Virus record (IMG/VR): IMGVR_UViG_3300035682_000039
Location: 1-60,291 of that record
Source: a virus
Lineage: Duplodnaviria > Caudoviricetes
DNA length: 60,291 nt
Reading direction: 5' to 3' (one strand)
Below, one piece after another: positions 37,649 through 47,243 of the stretch. The stretch's first letter is position 1, and each line of letters opens with the position of its first letter. The notes beneath the pieces were generated by a model, which was not told the DNA's origin, did no database searches, and saw only the letters and a list, made by a program, of their open reading frames with translations. The position numbers and the translations under genes are program-made.

Positions 37649-39379
37649 TTACGCAGGAAGATACTTGCGTGGGTTGATTTGTTTGCCTTGCTTTGGGTTG
37701 CCTGTACGAGCTTTGCGTATCTTATCCATCATAGAATATAACTGTTTTGCACCAGCCTTGGAAGAACCATTACCTAAATGACTAACCACATCGGCAGGGA
37801 TAACAAACTCCCCATCTGCTAAACGGGCTGGTTGCTTATCGTTAATTGTGGCAGGGATAGAGTCTGACATTCCATCTCCACCACCTGATAAAAATCTAGG
37901 AGTGCCACCTTCAGCAAACTGCTGCATACCACCTACAGCACCTTCATTAAAAGCTGGCTGAGAGAGTCTACTTAGGGCTAGATTTGGCATACCGCCAAAA
38001 GCATATCCCATACCAAATAAACCCTTTTGGAGATTGCCCTGATCCATGCCCATAGCAGAGTAATCACCGCCTAGTTCATCATCTACTTGACCGCCCATAG
38101 CGTACAAAGTACTTTGTGAGGTAGGCAAACGAGCATATAGATTTTCACCTTCTCCGCTACGACCATAAAAGGTCTCACCAATAGATACATCACGGCTTGG
38201 ATTAGGATTAAATTGATTTTTGCTAACCACATCAGCGGCATAATCTCTTTGGCTAATAATGCTTGCCATAGCTCGGTCATATTCAGCTTGGCTAATTGCG
38301 TTAGCTCGTTTTGCTTCTTCAAGGTATTTACGTTGCTCTTCCATACCAGCAAGGGTTGATTCACCAGCAATAACTATTCCAGCCATTTTCATTGGATCTA
38401 TGCCTGTTTTGGCTGCTAATTTAGCTGCTTCTTTAGCTGTCATTTCTCCAGCACCAAGCAAGTTTTGAATACCCTCACCAGTTCTTGCTACTTCCGATAC
38501 CCCAGTTGTAGGAAGTTCAGTAACGTATTTAGCAGTCCCACTCACTGCATCGCCAGCTTTTGTTCCCATCCTGTCCAAGAAAGAAGGTGGTGGTGGAGGG
38601 GCAGGGGGATTATATACACTAGGCAAGCCAGGATCTACATCAAAATATCCAGGATCAATATTTGGTGTTATAGGTGGTGGCGGAGCTACATTACCCAACT
38701 CTACTAACGGTTCATATGGCACTGAATTTAATAATTCTGGAGCAGCTTCTTTAGCTACTGCCTCAGTTAAAGATTGTGTTGTCCCTTCAGTACCAGGAGG
38801 TACAGCGCCACGCATATAATCACCTAGTTCTGCACTAGCATAAGCTGTGGCGCCACCTATTACAGCACCTTTAAGGTCAGCTCTTTGAAGAGAAGAACCT
38901 GTACGCATTAGTCCAGCACCTCTAGCTGCACCGTAACCTACTTGTAACGGTACTGGAGCGCCTGTTGCTGCAAGAGCTACTTGACCAACAGTTGACCAAC
39001 CACCCGGAATTGTCTTTGCTACCTGTTTATCAAAATCTGCTAATCCACGACTAGTAGGTTGAACAATGGCTTTTTCTATAGGTTGAAATATCTGTGTGCC
39101 TAACTTATTAGCAGCTTGATTAATATCACCAATAATAGGAGTAGTATTAATTGTTTTGTTTAGACCACTGCCAGGATTAAATGGGTTAATAGATGCAATT
39201 GCAGGGCTAATATATTTTTTATAAAAGAATTCGGGTAAACCCGTATCTGGGTTTCTTGTTCCTGATCCGCCTAAAGCTTTTAAGATGCCTGCTTCTTGAG
39301 GATTAATATGGGCGAGGATAGTATCGCCATAGCGACCTTTGCTTTGAAGTTCTTTAGCGAGTGTTTTTAAGCCTGCCAT
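37649..39379 (-). CDS. Putative internal virion protein
   Basis: GRYGDTILAHINP..NPDTGLPEF; GDGMSDSIPA..RLADGEFVIPADVV. Confidence 0.7.
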   Translation of the reverse strand: MAGLKTLAKELQSKGRYGDTILAHINPQEAGILKALGGSGTRNPDTGLPEFFYKKYISPAIASINPFNPGSGLNKTINTTPIIGDINQAANKLGTQIFQPIEKAIVQPTSRGLADFDKQVAKTIPGGWSTVGQVALAATGAPVPLQVGYGAARGAGLMRTGSSLQRADLKGAVIGGATAYASAELGDYMRGAVPPGTEGTTQSLTEAVAKEAAPELLNSVPYEPLVELGNVAPPPPITPNIDPGYFDVDPGLPSVYNPPAPPPPPSFLDRMGTKAGDAVSGTAKYVTELPTTGVSEVARTGEGIQNLLGAGEMTAKEAAKLAAKTGIDPMKMAGIVIAGESTLAGMEEQRKYLEEAKRANAISQAEYDRAMASIISQRDYAADVVSKNQFNPNPSRDVSIGETFYGRSGEGENLYARLPTSQSTLYAMGGQVDDELGGDYSAMGMDQGNLQKGLFGMGYAFGGMPNLALSRLSQPAFNEGAVGGMQQFAEGGTPRFLSGGGDGMSDSIPATINDKQPARLADGEFVIPADVVSHLGNGSSKAGAKQLYSMMDKIRKARTGNPKQGKQINPRKYLPA

Positions 39380-39401
39380 ACAAGCCTCTTAGAGTTAAAG
39401 T

Positions 39402-39701
39402 TCATACAATAGTCACCGTTACAGTCCCCACACTAGCTGTGGCTGATACTCCAAATAGATAAGAAATATAAGGTACAACAATTCGCAAGTCTTCGCCAAC
39501 CTGAAATACAGTGCCGTCTGGCAAATTGTACCCCGATGTTGGTAGATTTAATAGCCGTAAGCCGTCCATTTGTAAAGGAGTATTGGAGTCGCCTTGCGCA
39601 AAGTAAAGCCTTAATGCCCCAATTAACTGCGCCATGTGCTGTTGGTCGTATTCGACTGGAGCCAGAGGTAACGCTGGCGCACGGAACCGTTGCATTCCCA
39701 T
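39402..39701 (-). CDS. Small virion-module protein
   Basis: PALPLAPVEY...LRLYF; coupled to nozzle gene. Confidence 0.6.
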   Translation of the reverse strand: MGMQRFRAPALPLAPVEYDQQHMAQLIGALRLYFAQGDSNTPLQMDGLRLLNLPTSGYNLPDGTVFQVGEDLRIVVPYISYLFGVSATASVGTVTVTIV

Positions 39702-41749
39702 TATCTACGCCCATCTGGTCTGCCATCCAATCTAGGACTGCCTAACTGCCATTGGACGTTTAAGTCAGATGATTGAATCTGAATAGCCATCTGTCTAGCC
39801 CTAGCCCGCATAAAGATTTGCTCAGTATATACGTCTACCGAGGTCTCAATAACCTGCTGAGATTCTGTATTGGAATATGCGTTGCCAGGAAAGTTTCGTG
39901 GTTTTATTAACATTGTGACCGCAGGCAAGGTGGCAGTCGATCCCGCAAAGTTAAGGTCAGGGATAATCCGTTTGGTCAGGATAAACTGATCCCCGTCCAC
40001 AAGATCAAAGTCTGACGAGGCAATATAAGAGGTCATTGCCGTTGTGTCATCGTTTAAACCCTGCTCGTGGTTATAGATAATACTGTCGGCAATCATTGCG
40101 GTCTGGACTACTAGCTGGGAGATATTAACGGTATAAGTGCCTATTCCGCCTGTACCCGTTCCTAGAGCAGTAATCTTAGTGCCTGTGGCTACTCCAGTAC
40201 CCGTAATGACTGAGCCTACTTGCAGGGTTCCTGTGGATATTGCAGTCACATTGAGGGTTGTACTGTTATTAAGAGAGCCTGTAAAAGACGTTGTGGTAAC
40301 TGCTTGAGGATATTCCCTTAGAGACGAGTCTGACCATGCAGTGCGATCTATTGTGCCGTAGTACCAAATCTTTTCTAAGTGGTTATAGATCACATAGGCG
40401 TTATTAATTTGACTGTCTGCCGTTGGGTAAAACCACCAGATTTCATTCCAGCCTTCGTTTGTTCCTGAGATAATCTGATCGGCTTGATTGTAGTTAAGGT
40501 TCTCAAATACGTGGTTTCTTAGGGTACATGGGAGGGTCTCTACCCGTCCGCCATAGGCATAGAACTTATCATGCCCCATCCAATAAGCCGTGTTATTAAC
40601 AGTAACGACCGCCCGTGGACTAAGGATTGAAATGTTATCAGAAAGCTCTTGAAGACCGAATACGTCCGTAGTGCCTAGGAACTGTAAAGAATTAAGGGTT
40701 CCTTCTGTATATACAAGGATCTCCTGACGAGTTGCTACGGCACAGACTATGGCAGAACCACGGGATACCCGTAAGAATCCTGCTGAATTGGTAACTAACG
40801 GAGTCCAGACATTAGGTTGATCTTGGGTGGCAAAACGGATTAATAAGGGGTCTGACGTTCCTCCACCAAACGGTGTACAGCCAAAAGCCAACAAGTGTTT
40901 ATCGTTCTGGGAAACTAATACCTGCATTGCCTGAGTAGGTACATCAGCAGGAGCAACACCGTCTATGGTTGTAGCAGACAACAAAGCGGCTCTAGTCGCC
41001 ACACCACCAGAATACTTCCAATAGTAGATTGCTCCATCACGGATATTAGCTACTAGGTCATCGTCAAAATTTTGTAAGAACCAATCCCTCTGTGGTGCAT
41101 AAGCAGGAGTAGCAGCTCCTAAACCCCAACCAACCGTACCCCATGAACCTGCGCCCCAACCGTATCCAGCAATACCGCCATCGTTGCCTACATTGATTTG
41201 GAAGGCGGCTGAAACAGATGTTCCTCCACCAGAGGTTGAAGATGTAGCTGCTGTAGCTGCGGTAATCCTAAAAGAGTTTGAATCTACATAAGTAATAATA
41301 AATTCAGTATTTAAGTTTGGTGCTGTAATCCCACCTACCGCTACAGCACCAGAAAACGTGACATAAGACCCATCCGTAGCACCGTGGGATGAGATAGCTA
41401 CCGTAACCGTTTTAGAGCCATTAACCGTGGTAAAGCAGTTATTGGTTGCTGGAGATACAAAAGTAGCTCGTATTGGGGTAATGTCGTATAAGGTCTGTCC
41501 TGCTTCTATGTATAGTTTTCTAGAAGTTCCAAGAGCTAGGTAGTTATCTGCAACCGTGGTAATCCAATTAAAGACTTGCCGACAGGTTCCCACAACAGTA
41601 AATAAACCATAACGAAGCCAGCCGCCCATTTTTTGAGGATAGCCTGAGCGAAAGCGGATTTTGTCGCACTCAAAGAACCCACCCTCATTGGTGTAGTTAG
41701 TCTGATCTCTGTTTAATCCTGGTTTAAATTGTAGTTTTTGCAGTGGCAT
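39701..41749 (-). CDS. Putative tail nozzle / stabilisation protein
   Basis: [43 protein letters not shown]; beta-rich 682 aa. Confidence 0.65.
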   Translation of the reverse strand: MPLQKLQFKPGLNRDQTNYTNEGGFFECDKIRFRSGYPQKMGGWLRYGLFTVVGTCRQVFNWITTVADNYLALGTSRKLYIEAGQTLYDITPIRATFVSPATNNCFTTVNGSKTVTVAISSHGATDGSYVTFSGAVAVGGITAPNLNTEFIITYVDSNSFRITAATAATSSTSGGGTSVSAAFQINVGNDGGIAGYGWGAGSWGTVGWGLGAATPAYAPQRDWFLQNFDDDLVANIRDGAIYYWKYSGGVATRAALLSATTIDGVAPADVPTQAMQVLVSQNDKHLLAFGCTPFGGGTSDPLLIRFATQDQPNVWTPLVTNSAGFLRVSRGSAIVCAVATRQEILVYTEGTLNSLQFLGTTDVFGLQELSDNISILSPRAVVTVNNTAYWMGHDKFYAYGGRVETLPCTLRNHVFENLNYNQADQIISGTNEGWNEIWWFYPTADSQINNAYVIYNHLEKIWYYGTIDRTAWSDSSLREYPQAVTTTSFTGSLNNSTTLNVTAISTGTLQVGSVITGTGVATGTKITALGTGTGGIGTYTVNISQLVVQTAMIADSIIYNHEQGLNDDTTAMTSYIASSDFDLVDGDQFILTKRIIPDLNFAGSTATLPAVTMLIKPRNFPGNAYSNTESQQVIETSVDVYTEQIFMRARARQMAIQIQSSDLNVQWQLGSPRLDGRPDGRR

Positions 41750-41760
41750 ACGGGTTTACC

Positions 41761-42237
41761 CTAGGATAAGAACAATGCTCGTTCATCGTTTCTACGAGTA
41801 ACTAAGCCTTTCAGTACTTTACCCCCAGCGAGCGTATATTTCAAGAACTCTTCTGCTGCTTCTTCCATCTCGCCCCGAAGAACTTTCTGACGGAGGGTGC
41901 TGCGCTGTAGTGTTCCCAGACCAACATTGAAAGCAAAACTAACAAGAGAATCGAACTGACCTTGAGTGAGCTTAACGGGACAGTAGCGTTCAACACCTCG
42001 CTCAAAGCGATTAAGATCGTCTCTAAGAATGTCATCTACTTCCTCCATCGAAAAGGTACGGTCATCTTTGTATTCCAGTGGGTAGGCATCCCGTTCTTCC
42101 ATCTTTAACTGAGCCTGACGGGGGTAAAGTACATGGCCCACCCCGACCGTATGCAACTTGGCGGGGCAGCGGTAGGGACGCTGGCGGACACCTTCGTGGT
42201 GCTTAATCATTTTGATTGCTTTATCGCTTACTTTCAT
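41761..42237 (-). CDS. Phage lysozyme (GH24 endolysin)
   Basis: HEG...Y.CPA..TVGVGH, QFDSLVSFAFNVG, GLVTRR..E. Confidence 0.92.
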   Translation of the reverse strand: MKVSDKAIKMIKHHEGVRQRPYRCPAKLHTVGVGHVLYPRQAQLKMEERDAYPLEYKDDRTFSMEEVDDILRDDLNRFERGVERYCPVKLTQGQFDSLVSFAFNVGLGTLQRSTLRQKVLRGEMEEAAEEFLKYTLAGGKVLKGLVTRRNDERALFLS

Positions 42238-42719
42238 TTCTTACTAAATGCCTGAGTCCCGAACCAAAAAGATACAATTGATGCCCAGATAATCTGGGTC
42301 TCATCATCCCATAGGAGGTTAAGCGCTACGTCAAATGGCACTTCCCGATAGAATGCAAACCAGAACCCAAACAGTTCTACAAACATAAACATTATGAACA
42401 TACCGTAGGTAATGGCTGGTCTGACCATCGCCCTAGAGTTAATAACCCACTGGGACGCACCTTTGCCAATCTCGATGTCGTGAGCATACAAAGACTCCCT
42501 TTCTTGGGCTTGAGTCTGCATCTCAATCTGCTGGGTCTTAATCTCTTCTACATGGGCTTGGGCGGCAAAGCCACGCTCTGCCATCTGTAGTTCCCGTTCG
42601 GTCTGCAAACGAGCCATTTCCATCTCATGCTTCTTGTCGGACTTGTCTTGGAAGAACCCTAATAGGTTAGGCAATCCTCCTGACAAGAAGGATATAAGGG
42701 TGGTAAACAGGGTAATCAT
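42234..42719 (-). CDS. Putative holin
   Basis: VRPAITY plus TM segments, SFWFG; adjacent to lysozyme. Confidence 0.6.
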   Translation of the reverse strand: MITLFTTLISFLSGGLPNLLGFFQDKSDKKHEMEMARLQTERELQMAERGFAAQAHVEEIKTQQIEMQTQAQERESLYAHDIEIGKGASQWVINSRAMVRPAITYGMFIMFMFVELFGFWFAFYREVPFDVALNLLWDDETQIIWASIVSFWFGTQAFSKK

Positions 42720-42982
42720 TTTTTTGCTCTTTCTTCAAGGAGTTTGACCCGCACATGGAGATCATGCAGTTCTTTATAAAGTTCTTCACGCATCTTTGCC
42801 CGTTTTTCTGCTGATATTGGGCTGTCTGTTGGTACGCCTTCGTTGGTAATTAAGGCTGGCATCTTGCCTTCTATCTGAGTAAGGCGAGTTTGGAATGAAG
42901 ATACCTGACCGAGTAGCCAACCTAGGCAAACAACCACAATAGGAATAACCGCTTTTAAAAGGTCTTGCATATTCATTTCCAT
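42716..42982 (-). CDS. Membrane-anchored coiled-coil protein (lysis module)
   Basis: N-terminal TM helix. Confidence 0.6.
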   Translation of the reverse strand: MEMNMQDLLKAVIPIVVVCLGWLLGQVSSFQTRLTQIEGKMPALITNEGVPTDSPISAEKRAKMREELYKELHDLHVRVKLLEERAKK

Positions 42983-43419
42983 CTACCCCATGTGCATTCG
43001 TAAGCAACCCAAGTTGCAAATATGTAACACAACGCCATAACGCTTTTCATTACCCGTCTATCGCTTTGCTCTAAATACTTATCACGCTTGTCTTCCCACT
43101 GCTTTCTAGCTTTAATACCCTGTATTTCTTCCCACGCTTTTTCGCCATACTTCTTAACTATTTCGTGTTTAATCTTTTCTTCAGACTGCTTGGCTAACAT
43201 CAGCCTTTGAAACTCATCTACCGCCTCAATGATGGTGGTGGTATCAGGGCTAACAACCCTTGAATTCTTCCTTGATGCTGATCTTTCTTTTGCTGCCTTA
43301 TCCGCTACCGCCAGTACGCCATCAATTGCTTTACTTAATTCTTCAGACGCCTTTACAGACTCATTAAGAGTCTTTGTGACCTGTTTCGTGCCATCTATAA
43401 TTCCAAACGGATCGGGCAT
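42973..43419 (-). CDS. Hypothetical protein with C-terminal TM
   Basis: 148 aa ORF in lysis region. Confidence 0.6.
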   Translation of the reverse strand: MPDPFGIIDGTKQVTKTLNESVKASEELSKAIDGVLAVADKAAKERSASRKNSRVVSPDTTTIIEAVDEFQRLMLAKQSEEKIKHEIVKKYGEKAWEEIQGIKARKQWEDKRDKYLEQSDRRVMKSVMALCYIFATWVAYECTWGRWK

Positions 43420-43427
43420 GATTCAAT

Positions 43428-43640
43428 TTAAAACACCTCTCCGCCAGCGGCAGGAACAGACGTAGCATGGATAGAAATATGCTGTCTTAGGTTTAAAGGC
43501 GCACCGCAGTCTGAACAGGTATCTGCCTCTAGCTCGGCTTTATCTAAGTCGTATCCACAGGCTGCACAAATAACCTCTACCTCATGGGCTGGTTCAATTA
43601 GCCCGCCCTCTAAGTTTCTAGCCTCTACAAACTGTTTCAT
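43428..43640 (-). CDS. Zinc-ribbon protein
   Basis: CAACG...CSDCG. Confidence 0.65.
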   Translation of the reverse strand: MKQFVEARNLEGGLIEPAHEVEVICAACGYDLDKAELEADTCSDCGAPLNLRQHISIHATSVPAAGGEVF

Positions 43641-44464
43641 GTCAGCCCCATTTCTTTGCGGATCTTGGTTGCGGATATATCGGTTATGGTTTTATCAAAA
43701 GTTTCTTGCTCAATCTTGTAGCCTACATCTCTGCCGTAGGTGATGTTTGTAATGTTAGGCACTACTTGAATCTCATACTGCCCTTGGAATAGGGGGTCTA
43801 AATCCCGCTTAATATTGTTCTTAACTTGCTCGATGGCAAATGGGTTAGAACCTTGCCAGCCCTGGCAATCACGAATCTGAATAACTACTTGACCCGTCTT
43901 GGCAATAGCTCTTTCAAACAAAGCTCTATGTCCTTCATGCCAAGGTTGCCATCTACCAAGCATCTGTACGGTTTCAGATTGCCAGTTAAAGACTGGACGT
44001 CTGCGGTTTTCAATAATGTGGTTGCCGATAAACTCAGCCCACTTCTCGCAGTTCTGCTCGGTGACACGGAAGTCATAAACTGTTGGTGGGATAAAGGCTT
44101 TGTTAGTATCCTCATACCGACCAGCATCTATGGTGTCCATCCAGACAGTCCAGTCGGCTTTAAAGTTATTACGCATCTCAACCAACGGTGCTACAAAGTC
44201 GCAGATAACATAATCACCGCCAGCTTCTAGGGCAAACTGAGCCATGCGTAAAGATTGACGGATTCTACCTTCGTTGGAAAAATCCCAGTCGTTGTACTTC
44301 TTACGAACCTCATCAGCGTTAAACCAATTAACCTGTGCATTAAAGCTAGTAAAGACTTCGCCATAATCTTTGCGAGTACCGTTTGATTCTAAATACTTCT
44401 TTAGAGCTTGGGCTAAATAAGTCTTACCTGAACCTGGCAAACCCATGATTAGTATCTTTTTCAT
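43637..44464 (-). CDS. Adenylyl-sulfate kinase (CysC)-like domain fused to HxGH nucleotidyltransferase
   Basis: GLPGSGKT, NADEVR, DFSNEGR, DFVAP; GRWQPWHEGH, ISATKIR. Confidence 0.85.
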   Translation of the reverse strand: MKKILIMGLPGSGKTYLAQALKKYLESNGTRKDYGEVFTSFNAQVNWFNADEVRKKYNDWDFSNEGRIRQSLRMAQFALEAGGDYVICDFVAPLVEMRNNFKADWTVWMDTIDAGRYEDTNKAFIPPTVYDFRVTEQNCEKWAEFIGNHIIENRRRPVFNWQSETVQMLGRWQPWHEGHRALFERAIAKTGQVVIQIRDCQGWQGSNPFAIEQVKNNIKRDLDPLFQGQYEIQVVPNITNITYGRDVGYKIEQETFDKTITDISATKIRKEMGLT

Positions 44465-45160
44465 TTATCTCTCTAAGTTATCGTTTCTAATGGTGCTTCG
44501 GTCTGTTCCTGCTCTGTTTAATATCGTGGTATTTTCACGACTGCCTTCGTCATAAGCGTATACGCCCATCTGGTGCATTGGAAATATGTCTGCTCGTAAC
44601 ATACAGTCTAACGAACTATTAATACCGTACTTCAATACATGAGCAAGCATATTCTTTGCTACCGCTGGGTCTATGGAGTAAGCGTGCGCTCTGCACATAA
44701 AATGATAATTTGTCCCCATCGAACCATGTGGCGGTGTTGGTAACACCTGCCAGTTTTGCTTTACTTGCTCATTACAGCCTAAGTACGAAATAGAGTTATA
44801 CACAGTATGTTCACGATAAGGTGCAACCATAATAGCGTCATGCTCCAAAACAACCAACGGTACATCATCTTCTACACATTTTGCCCACAAACTAATGTGG
44901 GATAAAGCACAAGCCACTTCTGACCTAGTTAAAAAATGGTCGGCAATCTTTACCATTCTCATAAAAGGATTTAAGTTCTCTGGTGGATTAATACCATCCT
45001 TTGTTCCGTCAAACGCATCCCAATATTGGTACCTCATTCCAACTTTATCGCATGAATCTGCACATCGTTTAGCTAATGACTCTGATAGCTCGTGTCCTTT
45101 TAGTCTAATAATGTAAGCACCGCTAACCTTTACATCATAAGAAAAAAATAAGGACTTCAA
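44465..45160 (-). CDS. GT25-like glycosyltransferase
   Basis: DAFDG, EVACALSHISLW, VLEHDA, AHAY. Confidence 0.8.
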   Translation of the reverse strand: MKSLFFSYDVKVSGAYIIRLKGHELSESLAKRCADSCDKVGMRYQYWDAFDGTKDGINPPENLNPFMRMVKIADHFLTRSEVACALSHISLWAKCVEDDVPLVVLEHDAIMVAPYREHTVYNSISYLGCNEQVKQNWQVLPTPPHGSMGTNYHFMCRAHAYSIDPAVAKNMLAHVLKYGINSSLDCMLRADIFPMHQMGVYAYDEGSRENTTILNRAGTDRSTIRNDNLER

Positions 45161-45540
45161 ATTAAAGCGTCAAGTTCGTCATGCGTAGTACAGGCATCAA
45201 TAGCAGCTTGTCTTGGTGCAACAGCATCTTTAGCAGCTTGCAGGGCTACAGGGTCATACGTAGATGGGTCGGCTGCTTGTTGTCTAAATAGCATATTAAA
45301 TGCCATTGCAGCATTTTGTTTCATGCCTTCTTTGCGGTCAGCCACAGATATATCTGCAACGCCATAAACTATTTCTACAGGGTCTTTGGTCAAATCAAAG
45401 GTATGTCCTGTGTAGTATTGACGATGTGGGGTAATGGCAGGTCTTACCTCAATAGCAGTTTTCCAGCCAGGTCTGCTATCAGGTGGGGTATCCCAAACAT
45501 CTTTAACTTCACCATTTTCAATGCGAATATTTAAACTCAT
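45157..45540 (-). CDS. Hypothetical (possibly tail fibre assembly) protein
   Basis: C-terminal AIDACTTHDELDAL. Confidence 0.55.
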   Translation of the reverse strand: MSLNIRIENGEVKDVWDTPPDSRPGWKTAIEVRPAITPHRQYYTGHTFDLTKDPVEIVYGVADISVADRKEGMKQNAAMAFNMLFRQQAADPSTYDPVALQAAKDAVAPRQAAIDACTTHDELDALI

Positions 45541-47243
45541 TTGATTCTCCTAATATTTTGGTTAAACTCACCAGTCACTTTAGCTAATGGGGTATCCCAA
45601 TCGCCAAATTTCTCTTGCCTAAACAGTCTGACATTACGATACCAGATGCTTGTGTCCTTGCCATCAGCCCATAAATAATACGGGAGTATAGGGCTAATAA
45701 TCCAAGTTTCTTTACCCATTGCTGCTGCTAAATGTGCAACTGAGGTGCAAGAACTAATAACCTTGTCCACACTTTCAATAACCGCCTTGGTATGTAACCA
45801 AGTATCTAAGCAAGGTTTTTGCACATGGTCAGGGATGTTATCTATACCTACATCCCGTTGCAGACTGACTAACTCTGCTGGTATTGTAAACAATGGTGTT
45901 GGGTCAAATACTCTATTATGCTCATGCTCAAAGCGTGGGTTACCTTGCCACCGCAATCCAATCTTGCCATTAGGTTTAATCGTCTTACAAGGGATATAAG
46001 GTGCGTTATTGACTGTTAAGAAACTGAGATATCCTGACATTCCTAGTACATGGTAGTCATGGTACACACCGCCAGCAGCCCTTGATTCAACTACCGCAGA
46101 CACGCCATCAACCAACATCATTAAGCCAGCCAACTCAGGCATACAGGCAACCACACAGACACCACCACGACTGACAATTTCTCTAGCCCATCTAGCGGAG
46201 TGTATTTCGTCACCTCGACCACCTTCTAGTACCAATAAAACAACCTCTCCATTTAAAGGTCTGCCATCGTATCTTGGCATTGACGAGGGGTTTGGGTTAC
46301 CAAATATTTCTTCGTTACGACCTCTATCAAGCAATTCAAAACCTTCTTTTAAGTTGCCATGTCTTAGTGCGTACCAGCCACGATTAAAGGCTGCTCGGTC
46401 ATCATGTGGTCTTGTTTCTAAAAGAATTCTGCACATTGATTCAGCAGCCTCAAACTCACCACGCATGGCAGCTTCTACTTGGAAGTCTAGTATGTCTTTC
46501 TTAGGCTCTGTTTCGCCTTTCCAAAACTTAGGTGCGTGGAATCGATACTCAAACTCGCCTAAGACTTCTTTGGCGGATGTGCCTGTGTTCTTTAGTTCAG
46601 GCTTAATGTCGTGTAGTCCAACAATACCCCAAGCGTTCTCGTCATCCTCTGCGACTGAATTGCCGTCAATATTATTAAAGTCGTGAGCAAAAGGCTGTAG
46701 ATTCCAAAAGGCTTCTATCTTAGAAATGACCGCCTGTGGGTCTGACATTAACTCATCATATTCAACAAACAAAATGTTTTCAGGATGCTCGGTATAGCCT
46801 TGGTGTAGGGTAGCGTAAGAACCTTTTAGGTGTCCTATTAGGTGTCCATTACAGAACTCAGCAAAATTTGCAGGTTTAGCAATCTTGGCAAAAGATGCTG
46901 CACAAGTAGCCACATCCCTAACAGTCGCTACAATTCGCATTGGTGATCCTAAGACTTCACCCATTGTTTTTTGAATCTGCGGTGCTACCCAACCCCTAGA
47001 CTTGTCAACAGTAATCTTGCCGTCATCCCGCACAGGAATTAACTTCCTAAGTGTTTCGTAAAGATGCTCGTTAGTCTGCCTTTGACCTTTGGTTGATGGG
47101 TTGTTTTCCCATGTTTGAACTACAGCACCAAATATATCAATAAGTCCTGAAGTTGGAGTTACATGGATGTCGTTTCTCTGATTTAGCAACGCAGCTAAAA
47201 CAGTGGATCCTGAACGGGGTAGTCCTGATAGAAAGTACATCAT
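45537..47243 (-). CDS. Sulfotransferase + TPR + GT-B (GT9-like) glycosyltransferase fusion
   Basis: SGLPRSGST, DKSR, VEYDEL; TPR helices; EGGRGD, GLRWQGNP, TSVAHLAAAMG, LFRQ...DW. Confidence 0.85.
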   Translation of the reverse strand: MMYFLSGLPRSGSTVLAALLNQRNDIHVTPTSGLIDIFGAVVQTWENNPSTKGQRQTNEHLYETLRKLIPVRDDGKITVDKSRGWVAPQIQKTMGEVLGSPMRIVATVRDVATCAASFAKIAKPANFAEFCNGHLIGHLKGSYATLHQGYTEHPENILFVEYDELMSDPQAVISKIEAFWNLQPFAHDFNNIDGNSVAEDDENAWGIVGLHDIKPELKNTGTSAKEVLGEFEYRFHAPKFWKGETEPKKDILDFQVEAAMRGEFEAAESMCRILLETRPHDDRAAFNRGWYALRHGNLKEGFELLDRGRNEEIFGNPNPSSMPRYDGRPLNGEVVLLVLEGGRGDEIHSARWAREIVSRGGVCVVACMPELAGLMMLVDGVSAVVESRAAGGVYHDYHVLGMSGYLSFLTVNNAPYIPCKTIKPNGKIGLRWQGNPRFEHEHNRVFDPTPLFTIPAELVSLQRDVGIDNIPDHVQKPCLDTWLHTKAVIESVDKVISSCTSVAHLAAAMGKETWIISPILPYYLWADGKDTSIWYRNVRLFRQEKFGDWDTPLAKVTGEFNQNIRRIK

